In this document: positions 50,801-62,999 of the stretch, one piece after another
Layout of the letters: each line of letters starts with the position of its first letter
Numbering within the stretch: position 1 is the stretch's first letter
DNA from: Guillardia theta CCMP2712
Lineage: Eukaryota > Protista > Cryptophyta
DNA: 64,000 nt
Direction: 5' to 3'
Assembly: GCF_000315625.1 (NCBI RefSeq)
Contig: NW_005434637.1
Location: forward strand, 505,985-569,984
Notes under the pieces: generated by a model
Database searches by the model: none
What the model saw: only the letters and a program-made list of their open reading frames with translations
Told to the model about the DNA's origin: nothing
Program-made: the position numbers and the translations under genes

Positions 50801-52060
50801 AGACCGAGGAATAGGTGTTGGCCGGACATGGAGAACAGCTCTGATTTCCTGTGGCATTTTTGATGAACCCTGCATTGCAGGGTAGGCAACCATGAATGCC
50901 GATTTCCGTACCAGCTGGACAGATGCATGTGTTGTATGTCCACACGCCTTCAATAAAGGTGTTGGAGAGTTTTCCTCCGTTAACAAAGAGAGTAGCCTGG
51001 TTGATCACTGCCATGCTTATCCCGTCGGCAAGCAAAGAGCTCGATGGCGAATCTTGCATGAGTTCCCACTCATGATCTTTATATGCCCAAACATCATCCA
51101 TCGTGCTTTCAGCCGTCCTACCCGCGAAAAGGAACAAGAAGGAAAAGATCGGGGCCATGAAGTGGTTGTATCTAGCACTTGGTCGGACGACTGGAGTCAA
51201 CAACATCCACAAGGACTGATCCACACTGTACAACCAGAAGTCATCCAGAACGGAGACTCCACCTTCGATTCCACCAAATAGAGCCACTTTTCCTTCCGAG
51301 ATGGACATGCTGTGAAAACTCCTCGCCGGGGGCCACGAAGCCATGTTGTATTCCACTTTCGTCCAGTTCGTATCGATAGTAAAAATCCATAAATCGTTCA
51401 AGTCCGACCCGTTCGAATCTGCGGAGAACGGTCAGTGATAGTTGACCCTGGGAGAGTGAGGACCCCTTCCGCCGAAGATTAGAACTCGATCCGCCAGCAC
51501 GACGGACGCATGACCATATCTCGCACTCGGCCGCTCAGAAGACACGTTGAGCACGTCCCATGTCCAAGAAGCCGCTTTCAGTCTCCAGAGATCATCCAGG
51601 GATCGGTTTTGTCCATCTGGGATATGAGCACTCAGAGTGGAGGAGCGAGGGAGTAGCGTGAGTACCTAGACCGCCGAAGAGGTAAATGGTGTCAGACGCC
51701 GAGTCAAGTTGATTGGAAGCGAACGAATGGTGGATCCTTCCTGCTGGCCACGATGAAGTGGCATTAATATGGGACCAGGTTTTAGACGATGCCGAGTAGA
51801 GCCACAGAGTTTGCTGCAACTCGTCGCTCTCGTCTACACAAGATCAGCCAAGTACAGATGGCCACGCATGGCTACTCACCGAATCCCCCGAAAAGCGCAA
51901 CGTTGCCATTGATCGATGTAGACTTGTGATAGTAGACTTTCGGCGCCACCCCTGACGCTGTCTGGTTCTCCCACTTGCCGCATCCCTCGATCGATGCAGC
52001 AACTCTGCAACCCAGCAGACTCAAACACACCACCAAGAGCCTGGTCCAGGACCCTCCCAT
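47881..52060 (-). CDS. Secreted/surface protein with N-terminal Kelch beta-propeller and GCC2/GCC3 Cys-rich repeats, multi-exon
   Basis: Signal MGGSWTRLLVVCLSLLGCRVAA. Kelch blades (PPARSFHSM..VALFGG..LDDFW, PSARYNHFM..LFLFAGR..DDVW), then CPAG/CNAG Cys repeats. The C-terminal end is uncertain. Confidence 0.82.
49999..50834. repeat. Coding tandem repeat, four apparently identical 204-bp units (68 aa Cys-rich module)
   Basis: The unit start GTGTTGGCCGGACATGGAGA occurs at 49999, 50203, 50407, 50611 and 50815. Confidence 0.95.
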
Positions 52061-52425
52061 CCCCTGTCTGTACATGAAGTTCACCGACTACCAAACATGG
52101 ACAGGGGACCGCAGTGAAATGAGTGCTGCTCCTCAGTCTGCATCTGCCATGTGCCACAAGGTCGAAAAATCTTTCTGCGCAAGCACATTCAGAGCATTTC
52201 ACACCTCGGAATTTCGATCCATACTTCTTTTGTCCTTTCCCCTATCGATCCACCTCCCCTCTCCCCTCCCTTCTCCCCCCCCCCTCCCTCCGTCTCCCCT
52301 CCCCTTCCTGCTACCGTTCGCTCCCCATGTCATGCCAAATATCATCATGATTTGTCACTTCACATCAAAGCAGCAACCACCCCACTGGATTCCACCCCTT
52401 TCGAATGAGTAGAGACTAGGGGTAG

Positions 52426-53439
<1,014 letters not shown>

Positions 53440-53524
53440 ACCCCCCGCATGGGAAACACTTGACGAAAAAGAATGTTGCTTGAAAAGCGAAGAGCAGAAA
53501 ATTGAATTATGTGCTAGAGGCCTT

Positions 53525-54749
53525 TCAAAGCTCGATGTCCTCGACATGACGGCAAAGTTTCAACTGGGTTCCAGCCCATTAGGATGTAGGAACAGGGAGA
53601 CATGCAACCAACCTTGGACTTGCGGAGCTTATGCACTGCCCACCTGATGATACCGATCAGAACGAGGGAACTCGGTTTTCGTCAATCTACGTGTAGATTC
53701 CGTTGTTCATTCCCTCAGGGGGGAAGTGCATGTGCCAGATGCTCTTGAACGGAGTGACGGGGGTTATGCCCTGCTCGATGTGAGCCGACAGAGCTGTCTT
53801 GCTGACTGCATGTGTCTCACCTTCGACTGGATAGCAGGTTGCGCTGAGTCGCCAACTTCGCCATGAACAAAGGCACACTCGTCCCCTTTCGGACATTTTC
53901 CATCCCTTGCCCAATGTCTGCACTTCTAATCAGTACAGGAAGATGATTCAGATGTTAGACAACCTGCAGGTCACGTTCGTGTTGTCCTTCCTTCCCCCGT
54001 GATGTGCATGGTATACGTAAGGTTTGGGCTGACTCACGAGTTACATGTACAATTACTCGAGATGTGACTCACTGGTATCATGTAAAAAGGATGCTGCCCT
54101 TCAATGATGGCGGAATAATAACTCTTTCGATGCACTGATACACAAAGTTACAGAAAACAAGGACAAGAGTTGCTCGCATCTTTTGCGACTTTACCATATT
54201 GAGGCATGAGCAATATCCATGGCTTTTTGCACTCAGATGCGAACACCAGGATCTTTTCTATGTGGTTGCGGCTGTAAGGTGGACTTGTGAGAAGTACATC
54301 GTAAGGGGGGAACTGTTCGGGTTTGAGAGAATAGAAATCCTCGTTGTTGTTATGTACGTTGTGAAAGCCAAGCTTCCTGAGATGGTCTTTGACCTTCCCT
54401 GCGCAATAGTATGGGTCCCAAATGCAGAGGTCTTTTTTCGGTTTGCCAACCCGTTGGGCAAGCTTGATGAGGAAAGGTGCGATGTCACAATACGCCTAAG
54501 TAGCACAAAGAGTGAGAATCGTCGCCGTCAAAGGCTACATGACACCTGGAAGCACGTTTCACAGTCATCTGCGGGGTCATGTTCGAAGGGGTGCAAGTTG
54601 CCCTCGAGCCCTTGAGCTTGAGGGTTCGGTGAGGGTTCAGCTGGTCTCGCTGCCTGCTTCTTGTGTTTCTTCCCTGGTGTCGCTGTTCCCTCTTGCTCGC
54701 CCTCTGCCTCCTTCGACTCGCTCCCTTTGCTTGGCTTCCGCTTCCCCAT
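53525..54749 (-). CDS. Nuclear amino-(N6-adenine/N4-cytosine)-methyltransferase-like protein with inserted CCCH zinc finger, multi-exon
   Basis: Basic NLS-like N-terminus. LCIWDPYYCAGKV (motif I-like), NEDFY, YDVLLTSPPYS (motif IV), KPWILLMPQY, CRHWARDGKCPKGDECAFVH (C-x8-C-x5-C-x3-H) and terminal strand TPFKSIWHMHF. Confidence 0.75.
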
Positions 54750-54844
54750 TTCGGCGGCCGTCAGTTACAAATCGTTGGATTCGTTCGAAACGGTCCGTTA
54801 ACTGCCTCCTCTCACAACTTCGCACCAGGAGGAGGGAGTAGGAG

Positions 54845-56319
54845 ATGCGAGCGAGTTGCATGCGTACCGCATGCGTTCTGCTATGGCTGATCGACCTGGG
54901 CATATCACACCAGAAGATGGCGGACGTCGGAGCTATCTCTCTATCCCAGCAGATCCTTCAGCTGAGGGAGGGTTGTGGCGGGATCGAGCAAGGACAGAGC
55001 TTGAGGATAAGAGGAGGAGGTTCAGCTACGGGAAAGAAGAGGGCGGCAGCAGGATGTGATGCCGAGCGGAGTAAGAGAAGGAGATTCGGCGGGGCCATTG
55101 ATGGCAACTGCGATTCATATCTTGGATCACCGGATGATGCGACTTTTTCGCAACCCATCTTGAGCGAGAGTTCAGCGACGGAGTTGCGATGCTCGCCACG
55201 CAAAAAGTTACGTAGGAGAGGCACGTGGTCGGAAGCTGCAGATCGTGTAGAACACTCTTCTGTTGGGAGGTCTGACTACAGAGATGACAACGTGCGGGAA
55301 AATACATGCACGGCGCTAGAGAGTTCGTTGCCCGATGGACTTGCCGGTGTTGAATTCATCAAGTCTGGCAAAGTGAAGATCGTCCGAGTTGTCCTACCTG
55401 ATGGGAATCAGTATACTGTGCATGTTCCCGAGATCCTTGTGAACAAACGCAAGAATGTTGCTCTCCATGCGTCTAGTGCGAGCTGTGGGACCGTGTGCCA
55501 TGGCGATGAAAGCGAGCTTATGGGGTCTGGTTTCACCATTCAATCTAAGGTGATGATATCAACCGAAAACATTGTTTGCTTCATATCGCTGACTTTCCTT
55601 GTAACTTGCCTATCTTCCCTTTCTAAACGTGAAGCCCTTCCTGCTCGATGACAGAGGTAGTTGTTTTCCTACCAGTTGTCGTTTGTAACCAGTCTCTACC
55701 AAGACTCGACAGCTGTAGGCAGGGCGAAGAACCGTGCCGTCGGGAGCAATGGAGTGCTGCTGACTGAAAGAGCTCATGTGGATCAAAGGATACCTCCTGT
55801 AAAGCGGCTTTGTCGAATGGTTGCTCCCCTTAGCATGACACTGACCTGTAGACTGACTGTCTACAGGCCAAATTTCCCGGGGAGATTCTGAAACCAAGAG
55901 AAGAAAATTTAGTGCAGGAAAGCAAGCTAGAATGGAAGGTGAGAGCCCATGTTAATGCAACAATATTCACTGATGAGTCTTCAGCCGCGAAAATGCTCTA
56001 CGTGTCAGACAAAGGCAACACCAAGGTGGATATTCTAAAGTTTTGACTGTCATGCCCATGCTTGAGAGACATCCCTGGGATTTCAATAATGAGCTCAAGT
56101 TGTTGTATATTAAAGATCAGATATCTTCCTTCAACTTGTCGCGCCCACTGGAATGCATTCAACAGTGCACAGCTCTGCCACAGACTACACTCAAGGGTCG
56201 CGGAGGTCTCGGGGGTACCACGGGCTCCCAGGGACTTGAAACATGGAGCTACTGCTCGATTGTCCACCTGCCAGAACAAGTTTCAAGAAATTCACTCACA
56301 GGACAGAGGTGTCACCTGA
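54845..56319 (+). CDS. Hypothetical protein with signal-like leader, LRIRGG motif and NLS-like basic clusters, multi-exon
   Basis: ORF 54845-55651 and downstream GT-AG-flanked exons, including a CSTC motif. The 3' end is uncertain. Confidence 0.5.
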
Positions 56320-58512
56320 GAATAAGACAGCACCGCCTGGATCGACACTGTTGAAGTGCCCACCTGCCCCAGAGAAGCTACTGCTGCCCCACTGGCTCTG
56401 GGACGATTGCTGAGGTGGGCCCCTGGTAAACGAGTGGTTCCAGCTACTTGGCCCAACGCCTCCTTCAACAGACAGATTAGAAAAGAATAAGCTGATGAGA
56501 GGGAGGCGCTACCTCCAGGCTGATTCGAGACAGCATGCGAAGTAAAACCAGACCACTCTCCAAAGCGCGGTATGCTTGATCCTCCCTGCATGTTCCATCC
56601 CATATCTACATGTGGCAAACCATGTGCAGCCGCAGCTAACTGCTGCATGCTGTTTCGATTGTTGAGACTTGAAGCCCCAGAAACCATTTGACTTGATTGC
56701 ATGCTCCTTTCCCTTGCCCGCATGCTCATTTCTTGTTGAGATCTCGGTCGAGAAGACTCAGAATCTGGTGGCATCCTTGCCACCATCTTTCTCGGCCTCC
56801 CTCGAGACGGAACACGTCTCTGACTTCTGTCTACTTCAGAACTGAGGGTTGGAATACATACGGTCAAGACAAGCTTTTCAGTTCAAGCACAAAATCTTAC
56901 CCCATGCCCATGGGGTCCACCGATAAGGTTTCATGCAATCCAGGATCACCGTCTGTCACTACAGTCGCCGTCATAAGAACAAATATGAGCGGAAAGCTTA
57001 CTTTGGTCAAGACCATCTTTGTTCTTACGTGGCCTGGTCTGCCTCTTGTCGTATGCCTTATCCTATTCGAATTTCACAAACATAATCCTCGCTCGTCACA
57101 CTTGCCTCGCCAAATTTTCGCAACTCCCACAACACCCTGGAGACAGTCCTGAGGGAAACATTGCAACATTTGGCAACCTTATGCACAGGTTAGAAAAGCT
57201 GCCTTTCAATCCAGTGCGAGATACCTCATCGTGTGCCATTCCTCGCTTACACATGTTCACAATTGCTCGTCTCAGATCTGGCGCAAACCTCCTTCCTCGA
57301 GTCTGTGATTTGCCTAATAGCAGTTTTCATCAACTTCTCAACTATTCAATCAATTTCTTTTACCTGTATTTTGAACACTTCCTGCTTCAAATCCAGCCGA
57401 AACATGTCCGTGACCTTCTGTTTTCTCTCATCAGTTTCCAAACCAAAGATTCGAAGCAGCAAACCTGGCATGGCATTACGGGACAGTAGAGCAGCATTCT
57501 GGTCCTGAAGGTGGTGCATGGATTCATGAATCTGAACGGCTGCTTCTGGCATTCCCGGCTGGAAACTGTTCTGCTGGACCACTTGATTGTTGTCCAAGGG
57601 TAACTGTGGCCAAGAGCTGCCCACACCAGGTGGAAGTTGCATTTTATCGACAGAGTCGTTGCGCCTTTTCATGGTCTTGCTCCCTTTTGGTCGTCCGCGC
57701 TTTTTCCCAGGTATTGCTGCCTTTCTTCCCGGACGAGGCTGCAAGTCAGGAATATCTGGAGACTTTTGAAGCCACGAGAATCTAATCTCGCGAACGACCT
57801 TCAAAACCTCAAGCTCCGACGGCACACTTTGCATCAAATGACATTTTTCAAGAAAGTTTCTGAATTCAGACCTAAACCTTGATATATCATCGGGTCGATC
57901 CGGATCAATCCATCGTCGATACCCAAACATCCACGTTCCAGCTTCTTTGCCCAACTCTCCAGGCCTCCAATTCTTCCTTCGCTGTCGTTCGAAACCACCA
58001 CAGTGTTCCAGGGCCTTGTTGAAAAATTGAACAGTTACTTTATCTGTGCTGGATCTTGTCTTCTTATCCGCATCGGACATAACACAGAACTCTGGGAATA
58101 GCTTGCAGAAAGAACTGAAAAGAGAGTCGGATCCCAATCTTGCAACATATCTCCCAGGCTCAGCCTCGATCGTGACAGCTCTTCCGAACGATATGCACAA
58201 ATCAATCATTCTCTGCCTTGCAATCTCGTCCATGTTCCCTCCATTTCCATCGTCTACACTTGGTAGCCCAGGTCCAGCCTTGAGATTCGACACTTTGATC
58301 CAAAAATCAATTTTTCTGCTGTCCTCATCAGGTGGCCTTGCCCTCTTCTCCAGGACGGCCTTCTCCCCAAACTTCTTTATCTCCCACATGATCCTTGAGA
58401 CCGTTCTCACTGAGACTCCTGTACACTTTGCTACCTCGTCATGAGCCATTCCACGGTTCACCATCGTTGTGATAGCTTTGCGCAGGTCCGCGTTCCACCG
58501 CTTTCCCCTCAT
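56296..58512 (-). CDS. Putative DNA-binding protein with two Tc1/IS630-like HTH domains, two AT-hooks and a central winged-helix-like region, multi-exon
   Basis: HTH1 RGKRWNADLRKAITTMVNRGMAHDEVAKCTGVSVRTVSRIMWEIKKFGE. Spliced HTH2 RGRRFAPDLRRAIVNMCKRGMAHDE/VAKCCNVSLRTVSRVLWELRKFGE. AT-hooks KKRGRPKG and SRGRPRK. Confidence 0.75.
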
Positions 58513-59316
58513 TGCTGTCACACAATCTTTACAAATCCCCTGAAAAACAGAAAGAAGTCAGATTGTATGAGCCAATGAATGCAGAATAAAGTTAAAATGA
58601 CCAAAAAACCCATTTGCGAAGAATATGGTTTACCAAAACAATCACTCTTGAAATAAGTCTGCATTGCGAAAGAAAATCTGTGTCCCAGTTCAAATATTCG
58701 TCTACAGATTCTTGCTTTCAAAATTTGCACAATCAGTGTGTTTCCCTAAATCTATGACATGGTCCTCTAGCACAGATCACAAATCATCTCCATCTTCTCC
58801 ATCAACCCCAGTTTCACCTCCCTTCCATGCCCGCGAATCCTTTGCCTCCACTGTTGTCTCCCCAGCCATGTTTTTAACAGTTAAAAATATCTTGAGTTTT
58901 CAATTGTAAATTTTGTACGATATAAATTGATATTCTAGAACAAACTGGAAATTTGTAACTGAAGTTTGTATGAAATTTCAGCATCAACTTTGAAAATGGT
59001 TATAAATCCAACCATTTATTTGGTACAAAACTTATATATCATAATAGTTTTACTGACTTTTATATGTGGCTCGTGGGGCGGGCTGTGTACAGTCCAGGTC
59101 TTTTTACTCAAAGGTCACTACAGTGGTTAGCCGGGGGCCGACGTACCGGGTCCATCGGAAGTATCCTGAAGGATACATGTGACTTCCATGAGTTGACTAA
59201 AAATGCTGCTGGCGTGGAGAATATAGGAGCACGATTGACAGAAAGGAAAGGACAGGCTCTGACCTGCTCTCGCACAAAAGGAAGAGACACTCACATGTGT
59301 GTATGCACACGCAGAG

Positions 59317-59475
59317 AGGGAGGGAGGGAGGGAGGAAGGAAGGAAGGAAAGGGAGCGAGGGAGGGAGGGAGAAGGGAGCGAGGCAAGGCAGGTAGGCAGG
59401 CGGGCGGGCAGGCGGGCAGGCGGGCAGGCGGGCAGGCGGGCAGGCGGGCAGGCGGGCGGGCGGGCAGGCGGGCAG
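59317..59475. repeat. (GGGA)n and (GGGCAGGC)n microsatellites
   Basis: Directly visible upstream of the BLOC1S4-like gene. Confidence 0.9.
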
Positions 59476-59590
59476 AAGAAAAAGAGGAAAGCATAAGTAA
59501 TTCGATTCGAATTGAGATGTGTAATTCTCTAAGTCGAATCTATTACTGAGTTGATCGCTGTTAGAAGGTAAGTATCTCGATCGAGGAGGG

Positions 59591-60400
59591 ATGTCGACCC
59601 CAGCAGGTGACCTCCGATTATATGAGTAAAGCTTGGTTGCCAATACTCAAAGCAGATATTGAAGACAAGGATGCGGTCAAATTAGCTTCAGCAGCCTATG
59701 CCCAATCTCTACGGATCCCGCCGTCTTCCAAGTTGCAGGTAAAGGCACACCATCATCTTTGAGAACCTTGTCGTTGACAAGATGAATACAGCTGCAGGCA
59801 GCAGAATCTATGACAGAAAGTGCCATGCTGCGCTTGAAAGAAATCGAAGTCACCATCGATACGGTGAAAATTGCTTCAGGTTGCTTATTCTGAAACTTAA
59901 GATCGATCTAGTCGGGTTCCGAAGTTGACTCTATTGCGAACGAGCTTGTTCCTCAACTCCAGAAACACACAGAACAGGTCCATCGATTCGATTTCAATTT
60001 GAAGTTGATTGACCATTCTAATCTTTTATTGCAGTTGACGAATGTGTTTGCGCTGATAGACAAGATGGCAGAACATATAGAGAACGTCAAGACATCAGTG
60101 AATAAGATGGAGGTCAAATCATTTGCAAATGATTTTGTATTCAAGTTTCCTCTCAGGCTCGTTTGGAAGCTGCTGAAGCAGCAAATGCCGGGCAGGTTGC
60201 GATCATCGGCCATACATGTTTTGGGTACTAAATTCCATGGCAGTTTGCAAAGACATGGTCGTCATTGACTGGTTTGAATAAGAGCACAGCTGTCCCTGTA
60301 GTTGATCAATTCTTGCTACTTACAGAGTTGCTAACACGTCGTGCAGGAAAATGTTCAAATAGTATCTGTGGATGATTTTTTCGCATCTCTAAAAGTGTAA
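59591..60400 (+). CDS. BLOC-1 subunit 4 (cappuccino/CNL1)-like coiled-coil protein, multi-exon
   Basis: Spliced MLRLKEIEVTIDT..ELVPQLQKHTEQ/LTNVFALIDKMAEHIENVKTSVNKME/ARLEAAE and C-terminal IVSVDDFF match the cappuccino pattern as recalled. Not database-checked. Confidence 0.6.
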
Positions 60401-60611
60401 AAGGCTTGAGAAGTCAGATTACTTTGACCTTACTCAATGAGTACTTGAGAGCCAGAGGGTAAAGAAGAGATATCAGCATAAATGAATCCCAAGTATTTTA
60501 AGCGTCAGTAGGCTTTACTTCTGATTATTCTCGAACTGACAAGAAAGATGCGTCGTTAAACAGTACTATGTCCAAATAGGCCATCAGCACCCACAAGCCC
60601 GCAAGGACGAA

Positions 60612-62428
60612 TTATGCACTCTTCATAACCTGGTTTAAGTCAAAAACGTAGCATAACAAGCACATCCTACCGGGATATCCTTTCCATTCGGCTGTTGCGT
60701 TTGAGAAGCTTTTGGAGTGGGAGGCTTAGCTTGAGAATCCGTCGCAGTGCTCTGAATCAGAGCATCATTTTCGAACTCCCCTAAAAAGGGTTTGAGACCT
60801 GCTTCTTGTCGGTTGCCTGGGCAGCATCCTTAGCATTTGCTGCAGGCCCAGAGTTGGACATGAGCTTCTCATCATGCTGCTTCCCGAGTGAGTCCAATGA
60901 GCTCGAGATTCACTGGGCTCACCTTGACGACAGAACCCTCATTCCACTCATTCTTGTCCAAAATTTTGTCGTTATTCTTGTCCAGCTGCTGAAAGGTGCG
61001 CGAAGCCTGGTTGCGTGTACGTATGATCTTTCTAGTATCCCAACATCGTCATGTATAACCTTTTCTTGCAAAATCTCCTGAATTCTCTTCTGAATGTGCT
61101 CGATGCGTTGATCAAAAAACTTGAGAACAAACAATCAGCTTTCAGCGAATCATTCCTTCACAGTGAGATTACCTCATTGCGGTGAGAGTTCCTGTCCATC
61201 ACTCTCCTTCGATCATCTCTCTTCATCTGTTTTTTTTCAATCACAAAGGTTACACTCAGTATGAAGACCAAATGTGCCAAGAAAATTTCACATGTTCTGG
61301 GCGTTCCATGATTCGCTCTCTCCTCTCGTGATCTGCGCGGTCCATCATCCGGCGTCTTCTTTCCTCATGGCGTCTTGAGCCCATGGGACCCATAGGACCC
61401 ATGGGACCCATCATATCATGTGGATCATTCATAGACATCTCTGGAATTCTGGAGTAAGTTGCCTTCAACCTATCATTTGAGGAAAATTAGATTATTCATG
61501 AGGTTGGATGATCTTCATTGAAATTACTCCATCTCATCGATTTTTCCATCTTTGTTGAGGTCGATCTCTTCAAAGACCTGGACAAGCTGTCATTTTTATG
61601 AATCAAAAATTACAAGCAACGAAAGAACCTGTGTAGCATGGTCCTCCCTAACCTTCGGAGAATGCATTCCTCTGTTCGAAGTCTCAGACACACCATAAAA
61701 CAAGACAGGTAATCATGGACAACCTGGTTTGGTAAACAATTTCAAGAGGATTCTTCCACATATTCGGGTTTACGAAGCTATTAGTGGTACAGTTAGCAAA
61801 GCTCGTACTTGAAGAACTGAGGAAATGGAATACTGGGGCATGTAGTGAGGGATATGTGAGGTCCTGGCCCACTCCCGTTTGTTCAATGAGCCGTCTTTGT
61901 CCTTTGATAGATGCAATCAGAAGAAAACAAACATTATTGATTTCACAGTATGTACCAGATCATTGCGCTTGAACACGTGTTCAGGTCCATGTCCTTAATC
62001 GCATGAAAATGAAAACACAATCAGGAAGGAGGGAGAAGTCACTTACTCCTCATCTGGAAGTTATCCATCATGTCTTGGTTGCTCTTGACGAAAGCTTCAA
62101 ACTCATTCCTGTCAATGTGACCATTGGAGTCTTTGTCTGCCGCATCAAAGAGATTCTCCTGAAATAAAACATCAGCGTCGCAAAATCCCCCAAGCAATTA
62201 TGGAGCGCATACATGGTCTTGGGTTTGCCTGTGATGGTTCAAAGACATCATTTCCGTGAAAAGGTGGCGAAGTTCTTGGTCGATTTCCATTCCATTCGGA
62301 GCTGCTCCAGCCTTGGTTTCGGACTTCTCGTCTTCTTTCGCAGCATAGGAAACGCTGACCAAGGCGAGCGCCACCAAGAATATTAGGACTCCCTTGAGGG
62401 CTGTAGATCTCGTCTTCATCGCAGTCAT
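60612..62428 (-). CDS. Secreted/ER EF-hand calcium-binding protein, multi-exon
   Basis: Signal GVLIFLVALALVSVSYA. EF-hand loops DKDSNGHIDRNE, DKDGSLNKRE and DLNKDGKIDEME, followed by an Arg/Glu/Met-rich region. Confidence 0.75.
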
Positions 62429-62999
62429 CTGCAAGGAAGAGTTCATTTACAAGGGATTTCACAAAGCTCGGTCAAATGTACTAAAACCAACTTCCGCATG
62501 TACATAACCTCGCTCGCGGTCCCAGCTTTGTCATTATCAGGCATTGCTCACTCTTCAACAAACCTAGATTCTTCCACGATCGCCTACTAGCAAACTTTCT
62601 TGCACAACCAGTAAATAGCTTTGTTTCACTGAATACTCGGCTCAAACTCGTGTGTTGTTTCATGCTCCTCTCGGCACCCTCGTGACATGGTCCCGTCACC
62701 CCTTCACCTATCCCACCTGCAGCAGCGAACCGAGAAATTTGGTTGCAAGTTGACATATGGCTGAACACCTTTGTGAAATTTTGAAAAATGGATACAGAAA
62801 ATAAATTGTCAACTTGCGATTTTAACCTCTAGGCACAAATGTTATTTCAGAGATTTATGTAAATTTCTTGTACAAAATTGCATATTTTTGCTTTAAAATT
62901 TAGAAATACTTGATCATATTTCAAAACAAAGGTGACTTCTTGAAATCTTCTCCACAACGCCTGCCTTGAAGTTTCGCCGGACAAACTAAATCAAAAAGG

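Noticed and set aside
49999-50834. CRISPR-like or satellite array
   Set aside because: The units are contiguous and in frame within a coding exon, with no unique spacers, and the context is eukaryotic.
55985-56120. GATA zinc finger (CSTCQTKATPR)
   Set aside because: No second C-x2-C at GATA spacing could be produced by any plausible splice.
56296-58512. Active Tc1/mariner transposon
   Set aside because: No DDE/D catalytic domain, TIRs or TA target duplication was seen, and the gene has host-type introns.
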